This document shows positions 42,117 to 50,818 of a stretch of 53,589 nucleotides of DNA, piece after piece (within the stretch, counting starts at the first letter, position 1; each line of letters begins with the position of its first letter). Source of the DNA: Gaiellales bacterium (GTDB lineage Bacteria > Actinomycetota > Thermoleophilia > Gaiellales > JAICJC01). The stretch is from positions 1-53,589 of the forward strand of contig DATNEO010000195.1 of NCBI GenBank assembly GCA_035553035.1. Reading direction: 5' to 3'. The notes below the pieces were generated by a model. It saw only the letters and a list, made by a program, of their open reading frames with translations, searched no databases and was not told the origin of the DNA. The translations under genes were made by a program, and so were the position numbers.

Positions 42117-43748
42117 TCAGCTGGCCGAGGGCAGCCGGCCGCCCGGCTCCCGCTTGGCGCTGTACATCGACTCGTCGGCTGCCCGGAACAGCGACTCCGG
42201 GTCAGTGCCCTGCTCGGGGTAGACGGCGACACCAAAGCTGATCGTGAGCTGGATCAGGAGCTCGTCGCCGCTGCCCAGCATGGCGTCGTGGATCCGCTCG
42301 GCCACGGCCCGCGCCTCGTCGCTGCCGACCTCGGGCAGGATCAGCGCGAACTCATCGCCGCCGATCCGGTAGACACCGTCCACCTCGCGGCGGCCGTCCA
42401 TCAGCACCCTGCCCAGCGACTCCAGCGCGCGGTCGCCCACGGGGTGGCCGCGCCGGTCGTTGACCTGCTTGAACCCGTTGACGTCACCGACGAGCAGTGC
42501 GAACCGCCGTCCGTAGCGATCTGAGCGGGATGTCTCGAGCTCGAGCTGGCGCACGAAGCTGCGCCGGTTCCGCAGCCGCGTGAGCGGGTCATGGTCGGCC
42601 AGGAACTCCATCTCCTCGAACTGCGCGGCGGCGTCCAGCGCGGTGGTCGCCTGGTTGGCGAACACGCGCAGGGCCTGCAGGCGCGCCGGCGATGGCACCA
42701 GCAGGTCGACCGGGTCATCCGCCCAGATCAGTCCGATCAGCTCACCGCTGCGCCCGTATAGCGGCACGATCAGCCAGTGGTCGTTCCAGGCGTGCGGGCC
42801 CTTGCCGCAGCGTTGCGAGCTGTACGTGTCGGCCTCAGGCCGCACCCGGGCGCGGGCCTGTTCGCTGGTCAGCAGGTAGCAGCCCTGCGTCTCGAACTCC
42901 GGTACCAGCAGCACTGCGATCTCCGCCAGCGTGAAGCTGCTGTTGACGGCCGGGTCGTCGAGCTCCCACCCGTAGGCGGCGCGCGGCTCGAGGTTGCCGG
43001 TGTCGGGGTCGGGCAGGTCAACCGCGACCGTCTCGAACCCCAGCGCGTGGTGGATGCCGTCGCAGACCGCTTGCAGGATCGCGTCGATCGCGAACGTCTC
43101 GGTCAGCCGCGAAGAGACCCGCAGCAGCTGCTCGAGCGCGTTTCGGTGCCGCGAGGACTCGGCCGACTCCTGAGCGCTCTGGATCGCCAGGGCGGCGTGC
43201 GACGCCAGCGCCACCAGCACGTCCAGCTCCTCGTCGGTTGGCTGGCGGCCGGACACCGGCTCGTCGACCGCCATGATCCCCAGCAGCGGCCCGTCCGAGT
43301 GGTGCAACGGCACCATCAGCGCATCCTCCGGGTGCCAGGCGTCCTGCGCGGCGTCGCGTGGCAGCTCGGGGACGTATGACCGCGGCGCCAGCTCGTCCCA
43401 GTCGAAGGTGCCGTGCGGGACCAGGTACGCGCCCCTGCGCAGGAAGCGGTCGTCGAGCACCTTGCCCCACACGTCCCAGCCGCGGGCGTCACCCAGCAGC
43501 GTCTCGCGGGCGTGCTCGGAGCCGTGCACCGTGGTCGTGCAGAAGTCGTCCCAGGCGCGTCGGTACAGGTTCAAGACCACGGTCCCGAATCCGAGCGACT
43601 CGGCGGTGGTACGCGCGATCGCCGCCAGCAGGTGATCGAGGTCCTCGTCGCTGCGGACGAGCCGGGTCACCTCCAGCAGGCCACGCAGTCGCGAAAAGGC
43701 TGACAGGTGCTGGGGGTCCACGCACGCTCCGTGGGTCGGGGTGAGCAC
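42117..43748 (-). CDS. GAF-GAF-GGDEF diguanylate cyclase, copy 1
   Basis: Two GAF-like regions (AWHPEDALMVPLHHSDGPLLGIMAVDEP; LIVPLYGRSGELIGLIWADDP). GGDEF domain DPLTRLRNRR...RIGGDEFALIL with RxxD (REVD) five residues upstream. The start may be the in-frame GTG at 43721. Confidence 0.9.
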   Translation of the reverse strand: MLTPTHGACVDPQHLSAFSRLRGLLEVTRLVRSDEDLDHLLAAIARTTAESLGFGTVVLNLYRRAWDDFCTTTVHGSEHARETLLGDARGWDVWGKVLDDRFLRRGAYLVPHGTFDWDELAPRSYVPELPRDAAQDAWHPEDALMVPLHHSDGPLLGIMAVDEPVSGRQPTDEELDVLVALASHAALAIQSAQESAESSRHRNALEQLLRVSSRLTETFAIDAILQAVCDGIHHALGFETVAVDLPDPDTGNLEPRAAYGWELDDPAVNSSFTLAEIAVLLVPEFETQGCYLLTSEQARARVRPEADTYSSQRCGKGPHAWNDHWLIVPLYGRSGELIGLIWADDPVDLLVPSPARLQALRVFANQATTALDAAAQFEEMEFLADHDPLTRLRNRRSFVRQLELETSRSDRYGRRFALLVGDVNGFKQVNDRRGHPVGDRALESLGRVLMDGRREVDGVYRIGGDEFALILPEVGSDEARAVAERIHDAMLGSGDELLIQLTISFGVAVYPEQGTDPESLFRAADESMYSAKREPGGRLPSAS

Positions 43749-43817
43749 CTCTCACTCTGGCAGGTATGGTGCTGCGAATCCACCCCAACCCGGGGGAGAT
43801 GGCTGCCGAGGCGCCGG

Positions 43818-45419
43818 TCAGGCGGCGAAATGTGTGCGCTCGCCCGACCGCTTCGCCGCGTACATGGCCTCGTCCGCCGCGTGGAACAGCGACTCGGGAT
43901 CGTCGCCGTCGCGCGGGTACACCGCGACGCCGAAGCTGGCCCGCAGGTCCTCGAAGCGGGGGTCGTCGTCCTTCACCAGGCCGGCGCTGATCCGGTCGAT
44001 CACCGCCCGCACCTCCTGCTCTTCGGTCTCGGGCAGCAGCATCGCGAACTCGTCGCCGCCGGTCCGGAACGCGGCATCGGTCTGGCGCAGGGCCTGCATC
44101 AGCAGCTTGCCCATGCGCTCGAGCGCGAGGTCGCCGGCCAGGTGGCCGTGGCGGTCGTTCAGCGCCTTGAACGCGTCCAGGTCGCACGTGACCAGAGCGA
44201 AGGGGCGGTGATAGCGGCCCGACCGGGCTGTTTCGATCGCGAGCCGGCGGGTGAAGGCGCGCCGGTTGAACAGCCGCGTCAACGGGTCGTGCTCGGCCAG
44301 GAACCGTACCTCCTCGAAGTGCGTCGCCGAGTCCAGCGCGGCTGTCGCCTGGTTCGCAAACACGCGCAGCGCCTGCAGAAGCTCCCTCGACGGCAGCAAC
44401 CGGTCGATCGGGTCGTCCACCCAGATAACGCCCATCAGGCCGCCGTCGCGGTCGTACAGGGGCACCAGCAGCCAGTGGTGCGACCATGCATGCGGCCCTT
44501 CGCCGTTGAACACCGATGCGTAGGAGTGATAGCGCTCCGGCAGGCGCTCCCGGGCCTGTGTCTGGGTCAGCAGGTAGCAGCCCTCGATCTCGCACTCGGA
44601 CACCAGCAGCGGCTCGACCAGCTCGAGCGTGAGCGGCGCGTTCTCGGCGAGGTCGCTGAGGCTCCAGCCCACGGCCGACCGCGGGGTCAGGACGCCCGTG
44701 TCGGGGTCGGGCAGCTCGATGCTGACCTTCGCGAAGCCGAGCGCGTCCGAGATGCCTTCGGCCACCGAATGCAGCACGGCATCGATCGAAAGCGTCTCCG
44801 TCAGACGCGACGACACCAGCAGCAGCCGCTCGAGGGCGCTGCGATAGCGGTTCGCACGGGTGCCCTCCTGCGCGCTCTCGAGCGCCAGCGCCACGTGCTC
44901 GGCCAGCGCCACCAGCACCTCCAGCTCCTCGTCGGAGGGACGCAGCCCCGACACGGGCTCGTCCACGGAGAGGATCCCCAGCAGGTGCCCGTCGTTTCGC
45001 GTGAGCGGCACGAACAGCGCATCCTCGGGGTGCCAGGCGTTGGGATCGTCGCTGACCGGGATGTCCGGGGTGATCGACAGCATGTCGTTCTGCCAGTCGT
45101 ACTCCCCGGCCGGGACGAAGTAGACGCCGCCGCGCTTGAACCGATCATCCAGCAGCGGCGCCCACGCGTTCCAGCCGCCGCGGGTGCCGAGCAGCTGTTC
45201 GACCGCCTCCTGGTTGTAGTCGCGCACCGTGGTCACCTCGAAGTCGTCCCAGGCCGGCCGGTAGAGGTTGACCACGACCACCTTGTAGCCGAGCGAGTCG
45301 GCGATGGTGCCGGCGATCGCGTTCAGCACCTCGGGCAGCGACTCGTCATCGCGCACCACGCGGGAAACGTCCAGGAGGCCGCGCAGCCGTGCCAGAGTGT
45401 CGAGATCGTCGGAGGCCAT
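43818..45419 (-). CDS. GAF-GAF-GGDEF diguanylate cyclase, copy 2 (tandem paralog)
   Basis: Track ORF 43818..45548 trimmed to ATG 45419 (MASDDLDTLARLRGLLDV...). Collinear with copy 1 over its whole length. RTGGDEFAMLL with RQTD I-site. Confidence 0.9.
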   Translation of the reverse strand: MASDDLDTLARLRGLLDVSRVVRDDESLPEVLNAIAGTIADSLGYKVVVVNLYRPAWDDFEVTTVRDYNQEAVEQLLGTRGGWNAWAPLLDDRFKRGGVYFVPAGEYDWQNDMLSITPDIPVSDDPNAWHPEDALFVPLTRNDGHLLGILSVDEPVSGLRPSDEELEVLVALAEHVALALESAQEGTRANRYRSALERLLLVSSRLTETLSIDAVLHSVAEGISDALGFAKVSIELPDPDTGVLTPRSAVGWSLSDLAENAPLTLELVEPLLVSECEIEGCYLLTQTQARERLPERYHSYASVFNGEGPHAWSHHWLLVPLYDRDGGLMGVIWVDDPIDRLLPSRELLQALRVFANQATAALDSATHFEEVRFLAEHDPLTRLFNRRAFTRRLAIETARSGRYHRPFALVTCDLDAFKALNDRHGHLAGDLALERMGKLLMQALRQTDAAFRTGGDEFAMLLPETEEQEVRAVIDRISAGLVKDDDPRFEDLRASFGVAVYPRDGDDPESLFHAADEAMYAAKRSGERTHFAA

Positions 45420-45425
45420 TGCGCA

Positions 45426-45431
45426 AGGGTA
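45426..45431 (-). promoter_or_regulatory. -10-like hexamer TACCCT 6 nt upstream of the GGDEF copy-2 ATG (leaderless-type geometry)
   Basis: Minus-strand sequence CACGTACCCT-TGCGCA-ATG. Confidence 0.4.
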
Positions 45432-45462
45432 CGTGGTGGATCTTCTACCGTTTGTCGGGTCG

Positions 45463-46290
45463 ATGCAGCTCCGTCTTGAATGGACAGCTCTGCCGGCGGC
45501 GGTGCTGGCGCTCTCGCTCGCCGGCTGCAGCGATGGCGCACAGCCCACCGCGGTGGCGCTCCCGGCGGCGGCACGGGCGCTGGCGGTGGCTCCGGACTTC
45601 GCCGGAACGCTGTGGGAGACGACCGGCAGCCGCGCATGGCGATCGCACGACGGCGGCCTCAGCTGGAAGCGCGTGCACGGCCCCGGCGGCGGCCTCGCGG
45701 TCGCCTTCTCGGAGAAGGGCGGGGAGGTGGTCGGGCCGCACGGCGAGCAGCGCGCCGACTACGGCGGCATCGGCCTGACGCCCGCGCGCCAGACGCCGCA
45801 GCCGTTCGTATCGCTGACAACCCCCTACCATCGCACCGACCGGCTCTACGCGCTGGACGTCTTCGGCCACCCCTGGGTGTCGGTCGACGCGGGCCGGCAC
45901 TGGCTGCAGCTGCGGGCGGCCGGGCTGCCGAACACGGCCGTCTCGATCTCGGCGGTTCGCGGCGACGTCACCAAGCCGGATGTGATCTACGTGGCCTGCG
46001 GCGCAGGCGGCCTGTGGCGTTCGCTGGATGACGGCGCCACCTTCACGCACATGCCGGCGCCGGCGGTGGCGTACGGGGTTGCGATGACGACCGACGAGCA
46101 GAGCCAGGTGCTGGTGGCGGGCGACAGGGTCTACCTCAGCCAGGACTACGGGCGCACCTTCATGCCGGTGCTCGATCGGCGGGTGGACGCCGTGGCCTAC
46201 GACCCCCGAAATGACCGGCTGGCCTACGCCGCGCTGGGGCGCGAGCTGCTGCGCTCCGTCGACGGGGGCGAGACCTGGCCGACCGGCTAG
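45463..46290 (+). CDS. BNR/Asp-box repeat beta-propeller lipoprotein
   Basis: ATG 45463 inside track ORF 45304..46290. Lipobox LSLAGC. Five Asp-box-like repeats: SHDGGLSW, SVDAGRHW, SLDDGATF, SQDYGRTF, SVDGGETW. Confidence 0.8.
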   Translation: MQLRLEWTALPAAVLALSLAGCSDGAQPTAVALPAAARALAVAPDFAGTLWETTGSRAWRSHDGGLSWKRVHGPGGGLAVAFSEKGGEVVGPHGEQRADYGGIGLTPARQTPQPFVSLTTPYHRTDRLYALDVFGHPWVSVDAGRHWLQLRAAGLPNTAVSISAVRGDVTKPDVIYVACGAGGLWRSLDDGATFTHMPAPAVAYGVAMTTDEQSQVLVAGDRVYLSQDYGRTFMPVLDRRVDAVAYDPRNDRLAYAALGRELLRSVDGGETWPTG

Positions 46291-46296
46291 ATCCAT

Positions 46297-46695
46297 CTAC
46301 AGGTGAGTGAGCCACTCCGGCACGCGCACCGGGCGCATGCTGGCGCGGTCGACACAGGCGTGTCGCGTGAACCCGGTTGCCACGATTTCGCCGCCGCGCG
46401 TCAGCTGGTACGTGAAGGTGAAGGAGGCCCGCGCCAGGTCGGTGAGGCTGCAGGCGACGCCGAACTCGTCGTCGAACCAGAGCGGCCGCAGGTAGCGGAT
46501 GCCGGCCTCGGCCACGACCATGTCGATGCCTCCGTTGTGCACCTCGGCGTAGCTGTGGCCGGCGGCTCGCAGGAACTCGATGCGGCCGATCTCGAAGTAC
46601 TGCAGGTAGGCCGCATTGTTGGCGACGCCCATCGCGTCGGTCTCGCCGAAGCGCACGCGCAGGTGCGCCGTGAAGGTGCGGCGGGGCTCCGTCAT
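46297..46695 (-). CDS. Hotdog-fold acyl-CoA thioesterase (4HBT/YbgC-like)
   Basis: Track ORF trimmed to ATG 46695. LRVRFGETDAMGVANNAAYLQYFE. Confidence 0.85.
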   Translation of the reverse strand: MTEPRRTFTAHLRVRFGETDAMGVANNAAYLQYFEIGRIEFLRAAGHSYAEVHNGGIDMVVAEAGIRYLRPLWFDDEFGVACSLTDLARASFTFTYQLTRGGEIVATGFTRHACVDRASMRPVRVPEWLTHL

Positions 46696-46703
46696 GAGCG
46701 CGC

Positions 46704-46709
46704 ATGATA
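46704..46709 (-). promoter_or_regulatory. -10-like hexamer TATCAT 8 nt upstream of the thioesterase ATG (leaderless-type geometry)
   Basis: Minus-strand sequence CCGTATCAT-GCGCGCTC-ATG. Confidence 0.35.
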
Positions 46710-46749
46710 CGGTGAATCCGCCGTAGCGCCGCCTGTGAAAGGGGTTCAC

Positions 46750-47016
46750 ATGAATGAGCAGAAGAGTCTGATCGACCGCGTCAGCCGCGCCACCGGCGAT
46801 GTCGGCAAGCCGGTCGTGTCGGCCACGCGCGATCACGCCAAGAAGGCCTCGCGCGCCGCTCGCTCGCAGCTGCCCGCAACCCGCGAGGACATCGCCCGGC
46901 TGACCGATCAGCTCGACCGCGTCGAGGCGGCCCTCGCCGAGCTGGCCGATCGGGTCGAGGCTGCCAAGCCCAAGCGCCGCGCCGCCTCAACCGGGAGCGC
47001 GAAGCCGGAGAGCTGA
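46750..47016 (+). CDS. Small coiled-coil hypothetical protein (phasin-like pattern)
   Basis: ATG 46750 after GAAAGGGG. MNEQKSLIDRVSRATGD...TREDIARLTDQLDRVEAALAELADRVEAAK. Good third-position G/C bias. Confidence 0.6.
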   Translation: MNEQKSLIDRVSRATGDVGKPVVSATRDHAKKASRAARSQLPATREDIARLTDQLDRVEAALAELADRVEAAKPKRRAASTGSAKPES

Positions 47017-47895
47017 CGGCACCACCTCGAACATGGCCGGGGTGAGACCCGGCTGCTCTCCGTCGGCCTCGATCGGCAGCGGCGAGCGCGGCGTCACCAC
47101 CACCCGGCGGGCGCGACGGATCGTGGCCTTGGGGTGAGTCGTGTGCGTACCGCGGTAGAGCTTGTGCAGGTTGCGGGCCAGGTCGAGCCTGGACACGTCG
47201 CCCCACACCAGCACGTCCAGCAGCCCGTCGCTGGGATCGGCGTCCGGCGCGATCTTCATTCCCCCGGCGAAGTAGCGGCAGTTGGCGACGATCGCGTTGT
47301 TGCTGACCTGGTCGATGTGCTCGTCGTCGATCTCGACCGTGAACGGGGAGTTGCGGTAGCCGGCGAAGGTTGCGATTGCTCCCCAGGCGAATGCGGCGGT
47401 CGCGCCCAGCGGCTTGCCGCTGCGGTTGACCCGGTCGGCGACGACCCCGGTCAGGCCGGCGCTGGCCACGTTCACGAAGAGACGGCTCTCGGGCGACCCG
47501 TCCCTCCCCGCGTAGCTGAGGCGGCCCATGTCGATGATGCGGGCGGGCGCATGCGCCGCCACCTCGAGCGCGCGGTCGGCATCCTTGGGGATGCCGAACG
47601 TGCGGATGAAGTCGCATCCGGAGCCCCGCTGCACCACGGCGAGGTCGGTCGCCTCCGCTCCGGCCATGCCGTTTGCGATCTCCGAGACGGTGCCGTCGCC
47701 GCCGACCGCCACCACCAGGTCCGCCCTCTCGGCGACGGCCGCCGCCGCCAGCTCGGTCGCGTGTCCACGCCGCTCGGTCAGGCGCACGTCGACGTCGAGG
47801 CCGTGCGCCTCGGCCCGCCGCGCGATATCGGGCCACTGCCGGGCGGTGCGGCCGTTGGCCGCCGCCGGGTTGACGATCATCACCGTTGCGGTCAC
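46987..47895 (-). CDS. Diacylglycerol kinase-family lipid kinase (YegS/DagK-like)
   Basis: VVAVGGDGTVSEIANG, GSGCDFIR, GLLDVLV. Confidence 0.88.
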   Translation of the reverse strand: MTATVMIVNPAAANGRTARQWPDIARRAEAHGLDVDVRLTERRGHATELAAAAVAERADLVVAVGGDGTVSEIANGMAGAEATDLAVVQRGSGCDFIRTFGIPKDADRALEVAAHAPARIIDMGRLSYAGRDGSPESRLFVNVASAGLTGVVADRVNRSGKPLGATAAFAWGAIATFAGYRNSPFTVEIDDEHIDQVSNNAIVANCRYFAGGMKIAPDADPSDGLLDVLVWGDVSRLDLARNLHKLYRGTHTTHPKATIRRARRVVVTPRSPLPIEADGEQPGLTPAMFEVVPSALRLRAPG

Positions 47896-48608
47896 GCTTT
47901 GGCGTCCACCGCTGCGGCCAGCGCCAGCCGCGTCATCCGCTCGACGCCCAGGGCCAGCTCGTCGTCGGCGATGCGCACCATTTGGGTGCTCCCGACCAGA
48001 TCTGAGACGGTCAGGATGCAGGCCGTCTTGACCGACCGCAGCGCACCGATCGTGAACAGCACGGCGGCCTCCATCTCGACCGCCAGCACGCCGCGCTCGG
48101 CCCAGCGCAGGTGACGTTGCGGGTCGGGGTCGTAGAACGTATCCGACGAGGCGATCGCGCCGACGTGCGGCTGGATGCCGAGCCCCTTGGCGGCGTGGAT
48201 GGCTCCGTGCGTGAGGCCGAAGTGCGCCGTGGGGGCATGCGGCTCGCCGCCGGTGTAGTGCCGTGAGGTTGCGTCGGCGGGCACCGCCGACAGGGCGATC
48301 ACGGTGTCGCCGAGCACCAGGTCGGGCTGCAGCCCGCCGCAGGTGCCGATCCTGATCAGGCGCTCCGCCCCCAGCTGCACGAGCTCCTCGATCACGATCG
48401 CCGCGCTGGGACAGCCCATGCCCGTGGCCTGCACCGACAGCGGCCGGCCCTCGTAGCTACCGGTGTAGCCGAGCATGCCGCGCTCGCCGTTCACCTGCCG
48501 GGCATCCTCGAGGAACTCCTCTGCCACGCGGCGCGCCCGCAGCGGGTCGCCGGGGAGCAGCACGGCGGGCGCGTAGTCGCCCTTCTCGGCTCGCAGGTGG
48601 ATCGGCAT
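47892..48608 (-). CDS. deoD: Purine nucleoside phosphorylase, DeoD type
   Basis: Track ORF 47892..49430 trimmed to ATG 48608 (MPIHLRAEKGDYAPAVLLPGDPLRA...). GMGCPSAAIVIEEL, RIGTCGG, VEMEAAVLF. Confidence 0.88.
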   Translation of the reverse strand: MPIHLRAEKGDYAPAVLLPGDPLRARRVAEEFLEDARQVNGERGMLGYTGSYEGRPLSVQATGMGCPSAAIVIEELVQLGAERLIRIGTCGGLQPDLVLGDTVIALSAVPADATSRHYTGGEPHAPTAHFGLTHGAIHAAKGLGIQPHVGAIASSDTFYDPDPQRHLRWAERGVLAVEMEAAVLFTIGALRSVKTACILTVSDLVGSTQMVRIADDELALGVERMTRLALAAAVDAKA

Positions 48609-48616
48609 GGCCGCCC

Positions 48617-48622
48617 AGCTTA
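48617..48622 (-). promoter_or_regulatory. -10-like hexamer TAAGCT 8 nt upstream of the deoD ATG (leaderless-type geometry)
   Basis: Minus-strand sequence GACGGTAAGCT-GGGCGGCC-ATG. Confidence 0.35.
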
Positions 48623-48625
48623 CCG

Positions 48626-49477
48626 TCAGCGCGCCAGCAGGCAGATCGACAGGCCCGGCAGGTCGTAGCCCTCGCCGTGGCGGTAGGGCTCGCACCGCTC
48701 GGCGAAGTCGCGTTTGACCGCATCGATCTGGGCGTCGTCCAGCGTCGCGATGACGCCGCCCAGCGACGGCGAGATCTCGGTGACCACGCCCCAGTACTCG
48801 TCGATCTCCCGGAAGCGCCAGTGCACGGGCAGGTCGCGCAGCTCGATGGCGCCGAACTCGGCCGCGGCCACGAGGCCGCTCAGCTCGCCGCTGTCGGCCA
48901 GCCGGAACATGCCCGGCTCGTTCGGGTCGGGCGGCGGCGGCAGCAGGCCGTGGGCGCCAAACGCACCCTGGATGGTCGTGTTCCATGGATTCGCCTCGCG
49001 CGGGCCCCAGACCGCCAGCGCCAGGCGGCCGCCGGGGCGCAGCACGCGCCGCGTCTCGGCCAGGGCCGCGGCGGGGTCGGGCATCAGCATCAGTCCCCAG
49101 CGGCACAGCGCCACGTCGAAGCTGGCGCTCTCGAGATCCATCGCCTGCGCATCGACCTGCCTGAACTCCACGTTCCGCAGCCCCAGCTCGGCGGCCCGGC
49201 GCTCGGCGGCAGCCAGCATCCGGGTGGAGAGATCGGTCGTCACCAGCCGTCCGCTCTCCCCGATCAGCTCCGCGGCCAGGAAGCCGGTGTCCCCGGGGCC
49301 GGCGGCGATTTCCAGCACCGACTCGCCGGGCGCGGGGGCCGCCATCTCGACCAGCCCCTCGCCGACGGCATGCGAGGACTCCCACATGCGGTCGCGGCGC
49401 CGCTCCCAGCCACGGGCGGCCGCGTCCCACATCGTCTCCGGGCTCGGCGGTCCACTGGTAGCTTCCGGATCGTGCAT
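48626..49477 (-). CDS. Class I SAM-dependent methyltransferase
   Basis: Track ORF 48626..50848 trimmed. SAM motif VLEIAAGPGDTG, RVLRPGGRLALAVW. Start uncertain: ATG 49477, or ATG 49432 preceded by GGAG. Confidence 0.82.
   Translation of the reverse strand: MHDPEATSGPPSPETMWDAAARGWERRRDRMWESSHAVGEGLVEMAAPAPGESVLEIAAGPGDTGFLAAELIGESGRLVTTDLSTRMLAAAERRAAELGLRNVEFRQVDAQAMDLESASFDVALCRWGLMLMPDPAAALAETRRVLRPGGRLALAVWGPREANPWNTTIQGAFGAHGLLPPPPDPNEPGMFRLADSGELSGLVAAAEFGAIELRDLPVHWRFREIDEYWGVVTEISPSLGGVIATLDDAQIDAVKRDFAERCEPYRHGEGYDLPGLSICLLAR
49459..49464 (+). promoter_or_regulatory. -10-like hexamer TAGCTT 7 nt upstream of the hydrolase GTG (leaderless-type geometry)
   Basis: Sequence TGGTAGCTT-CCGGATC-GTG. 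Confidence 0.4.
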
Positions 49478-50272
49478 TGCCAGAGCGTCGCTGTTCCCGG
49501 CGGCCGCGTCAACTTCTACGAGGTCGGCGCCGGCCCGCCGGTGGTGCTGCTGCACGGGCTGCTCGGATCCCCCGCCTACTTGGCCGCTCTCGGCCGCTCG
49601 CTGGCGGCGTCGGGGCGGCGCGTGCTGATCCCGGCACTGCCCGGCCACGCCGGCAGCCCGCCGCTCGAGCCGTTCACCTTCGAGCGGGCTGCCGACCACC
49701 TGGCCGCGGCGATGTCGGCCGCCGGCGCTGAACGCCCGGCGCTGATGGGTCACTCGCTGGGGGCGACGCTGGCCGTGCACTGGGCTGCCCGGCACCCGCT
49801 GCGCGGGCTGGTGGCGGCCTCGCCCGTGGGGATGCTCGAGCTGGACGTGGCGGTTGCGAAGGCGCTTTTGCCCGCCGCACCCGTCGCCGCGGCGGCTGCT
49901 CGCCTGGCCGCCCCGCTGCTCGCGGGGAGCGCGACCGGACGGCGGCTGGTGTTCGGGTGGTTCGTGGGCATGGCCGGGCCGCAGCTGGTGCGGCCGGCGC
50001 TGGGGCAGCGCATGATCCGCGATGCCGCGGCCGCGTGGCCCGCGCTTGAGGGCGTGATGCCGGAGCTGGGCCGCACCGATCTGGCCGATGTCGCGGGCGG
50101 TGCGGACTGCCCGTCGCTGGTGGTCTGGGGCGAGCTCGATGCCCATGCCGGCAACGGTGATGCGCTGGCCGCGGCGCTCGGGGGAGAGCGGCTGGCGCTG
50201 GCGGGCGTCGGCCACATGCCGATGCTGGAGGTGCCGTTCAGCTTCCGCCGGGCGCTGGACGGTTGGCTGTAG
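49472..50272 (+). CDS. Alpha/beta hydrolase
   Basis: In-frame GTG 49472 inside track ORF 48677..50272. VVLLHGLLGS, GHSLGA, C-terminal GVGHMPMLE. Confidence 0.85.
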   Translation: MHCQSVAVPGGRVNFYEVGAGPPVVLLHGLLGSPAYLAALGRSLAASGRRVLIPALPGHAGSPPLEPFTFERAADHLAAAMSAAGAERPALMGHSLGATLAVHWAARHPLRGLVAASPVGMLELDVAVAKALLPAAPVAAAAARLAAPLLAGSATGRRLVFGWFVGMAGPQLVRPALGQRMIRDAAAAWPALEGVMPELGRTDLADVAGGADCPSLVVWGELDAHAGNGDALAAALGGERLALAGVGHMPMLEVPFSFRRALDGWL

Positions 50273-50275
50273 GCT
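50270..50275 (+). promoter_or_regulatory. -10-like hexamer TAGGCT 6 nt upstream of ATG 50282 (leaderless-type geometry)
   Basis: Sequence CTGTAGGCT-TCGTGC-ATG. The hexamer overlaps the hydrolase stop codon. Confidence 0.35.
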
Positions 50276-50281
50276 TCGTGC

Positions 50282-50818
50282 ATGGCCGCACCTGACCCCT
50301 GGAGCTGCCGGGCCTGCGGCTCGCAGATCGACCTGGCCGGCTGCTCGATCGAGGTCGGCCTGGTGCGCCTGGCCACGCGTGGCGGCGACGGATTCCAGCT
50401 CGGCGGCGCCGGCATCGAGCCCGAGCTGGCGGCCGTGCTGGCGTCCTGCGAGTGCGGCGGGCGCTTCGCCCCCGGCGCGGGCACCGGCCCGGCGGCGACG
50501 GCGCGCTTCGACCCGGATGCCATCCGCGACCCGGCCGCTCGCGGGTGGGCCGCGCTCGAGGCGACTCCGGCGCTGGCCGAGCTGCGCGAGGTGTGGCGGC
50601 CGCGGGCGCTGGTGCTGATGGGGCGCGAGCAGGAGCTGGCCAAGGAGGATGTGCTGCGGCTGCGGCTCGAGGACAAGCTGGCCGCCCTGCAGGCCGAGGT
50701 GGAGCGTGCCACCGCTGCCGGCGACAGCGACGCCGCCGAGGCCGCCCACGCCCGCTACATCGAGCTCGGCACCACCTACGTGCGTCGCTTCGTGCGCTCC
50801 CATGAGCCCGCCGCCTGA
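50282..50818 (+). CDS. Hypothetical protein with N-terminal Cys pairs and C-terminal coiled coil
   Basis: WSCRACGSQ...SCECGG (zinc-ribbon-like), then LRLRLEDKLAALQAEVERA. Good codon bias. The 3' end overlaps tilS by 17 nt. Confidence 0.65.
   Translation: MAAPDPWSCRACGSQIDLAGCSIEVGLVRLATRGGDGFQLGGAGIEPELAAVLASCECGGRFAPGAGTGPAATARFDPDAIRDPAARGWAALEATPALAELREVWRPRALVLMGREQELAKEDVLRLRLEDKLAALQAEVERATAAGDSDAAEAAHARYIELGTTYVRRFVRSHEPAA

Noticed and set aside
49472-49477. Divergent methyltransferase (ATG 49477, minus) and hydrolase (GTG 49472, plus) appear to have overlapping start codons.
   Set aside because: The methyltransferase has an alternative in-frame ATG at 49432 preceded by GGAG. That start still precedes the SAM-binding motif and removes the overlap. 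Only the hydrolase start has -10 support.
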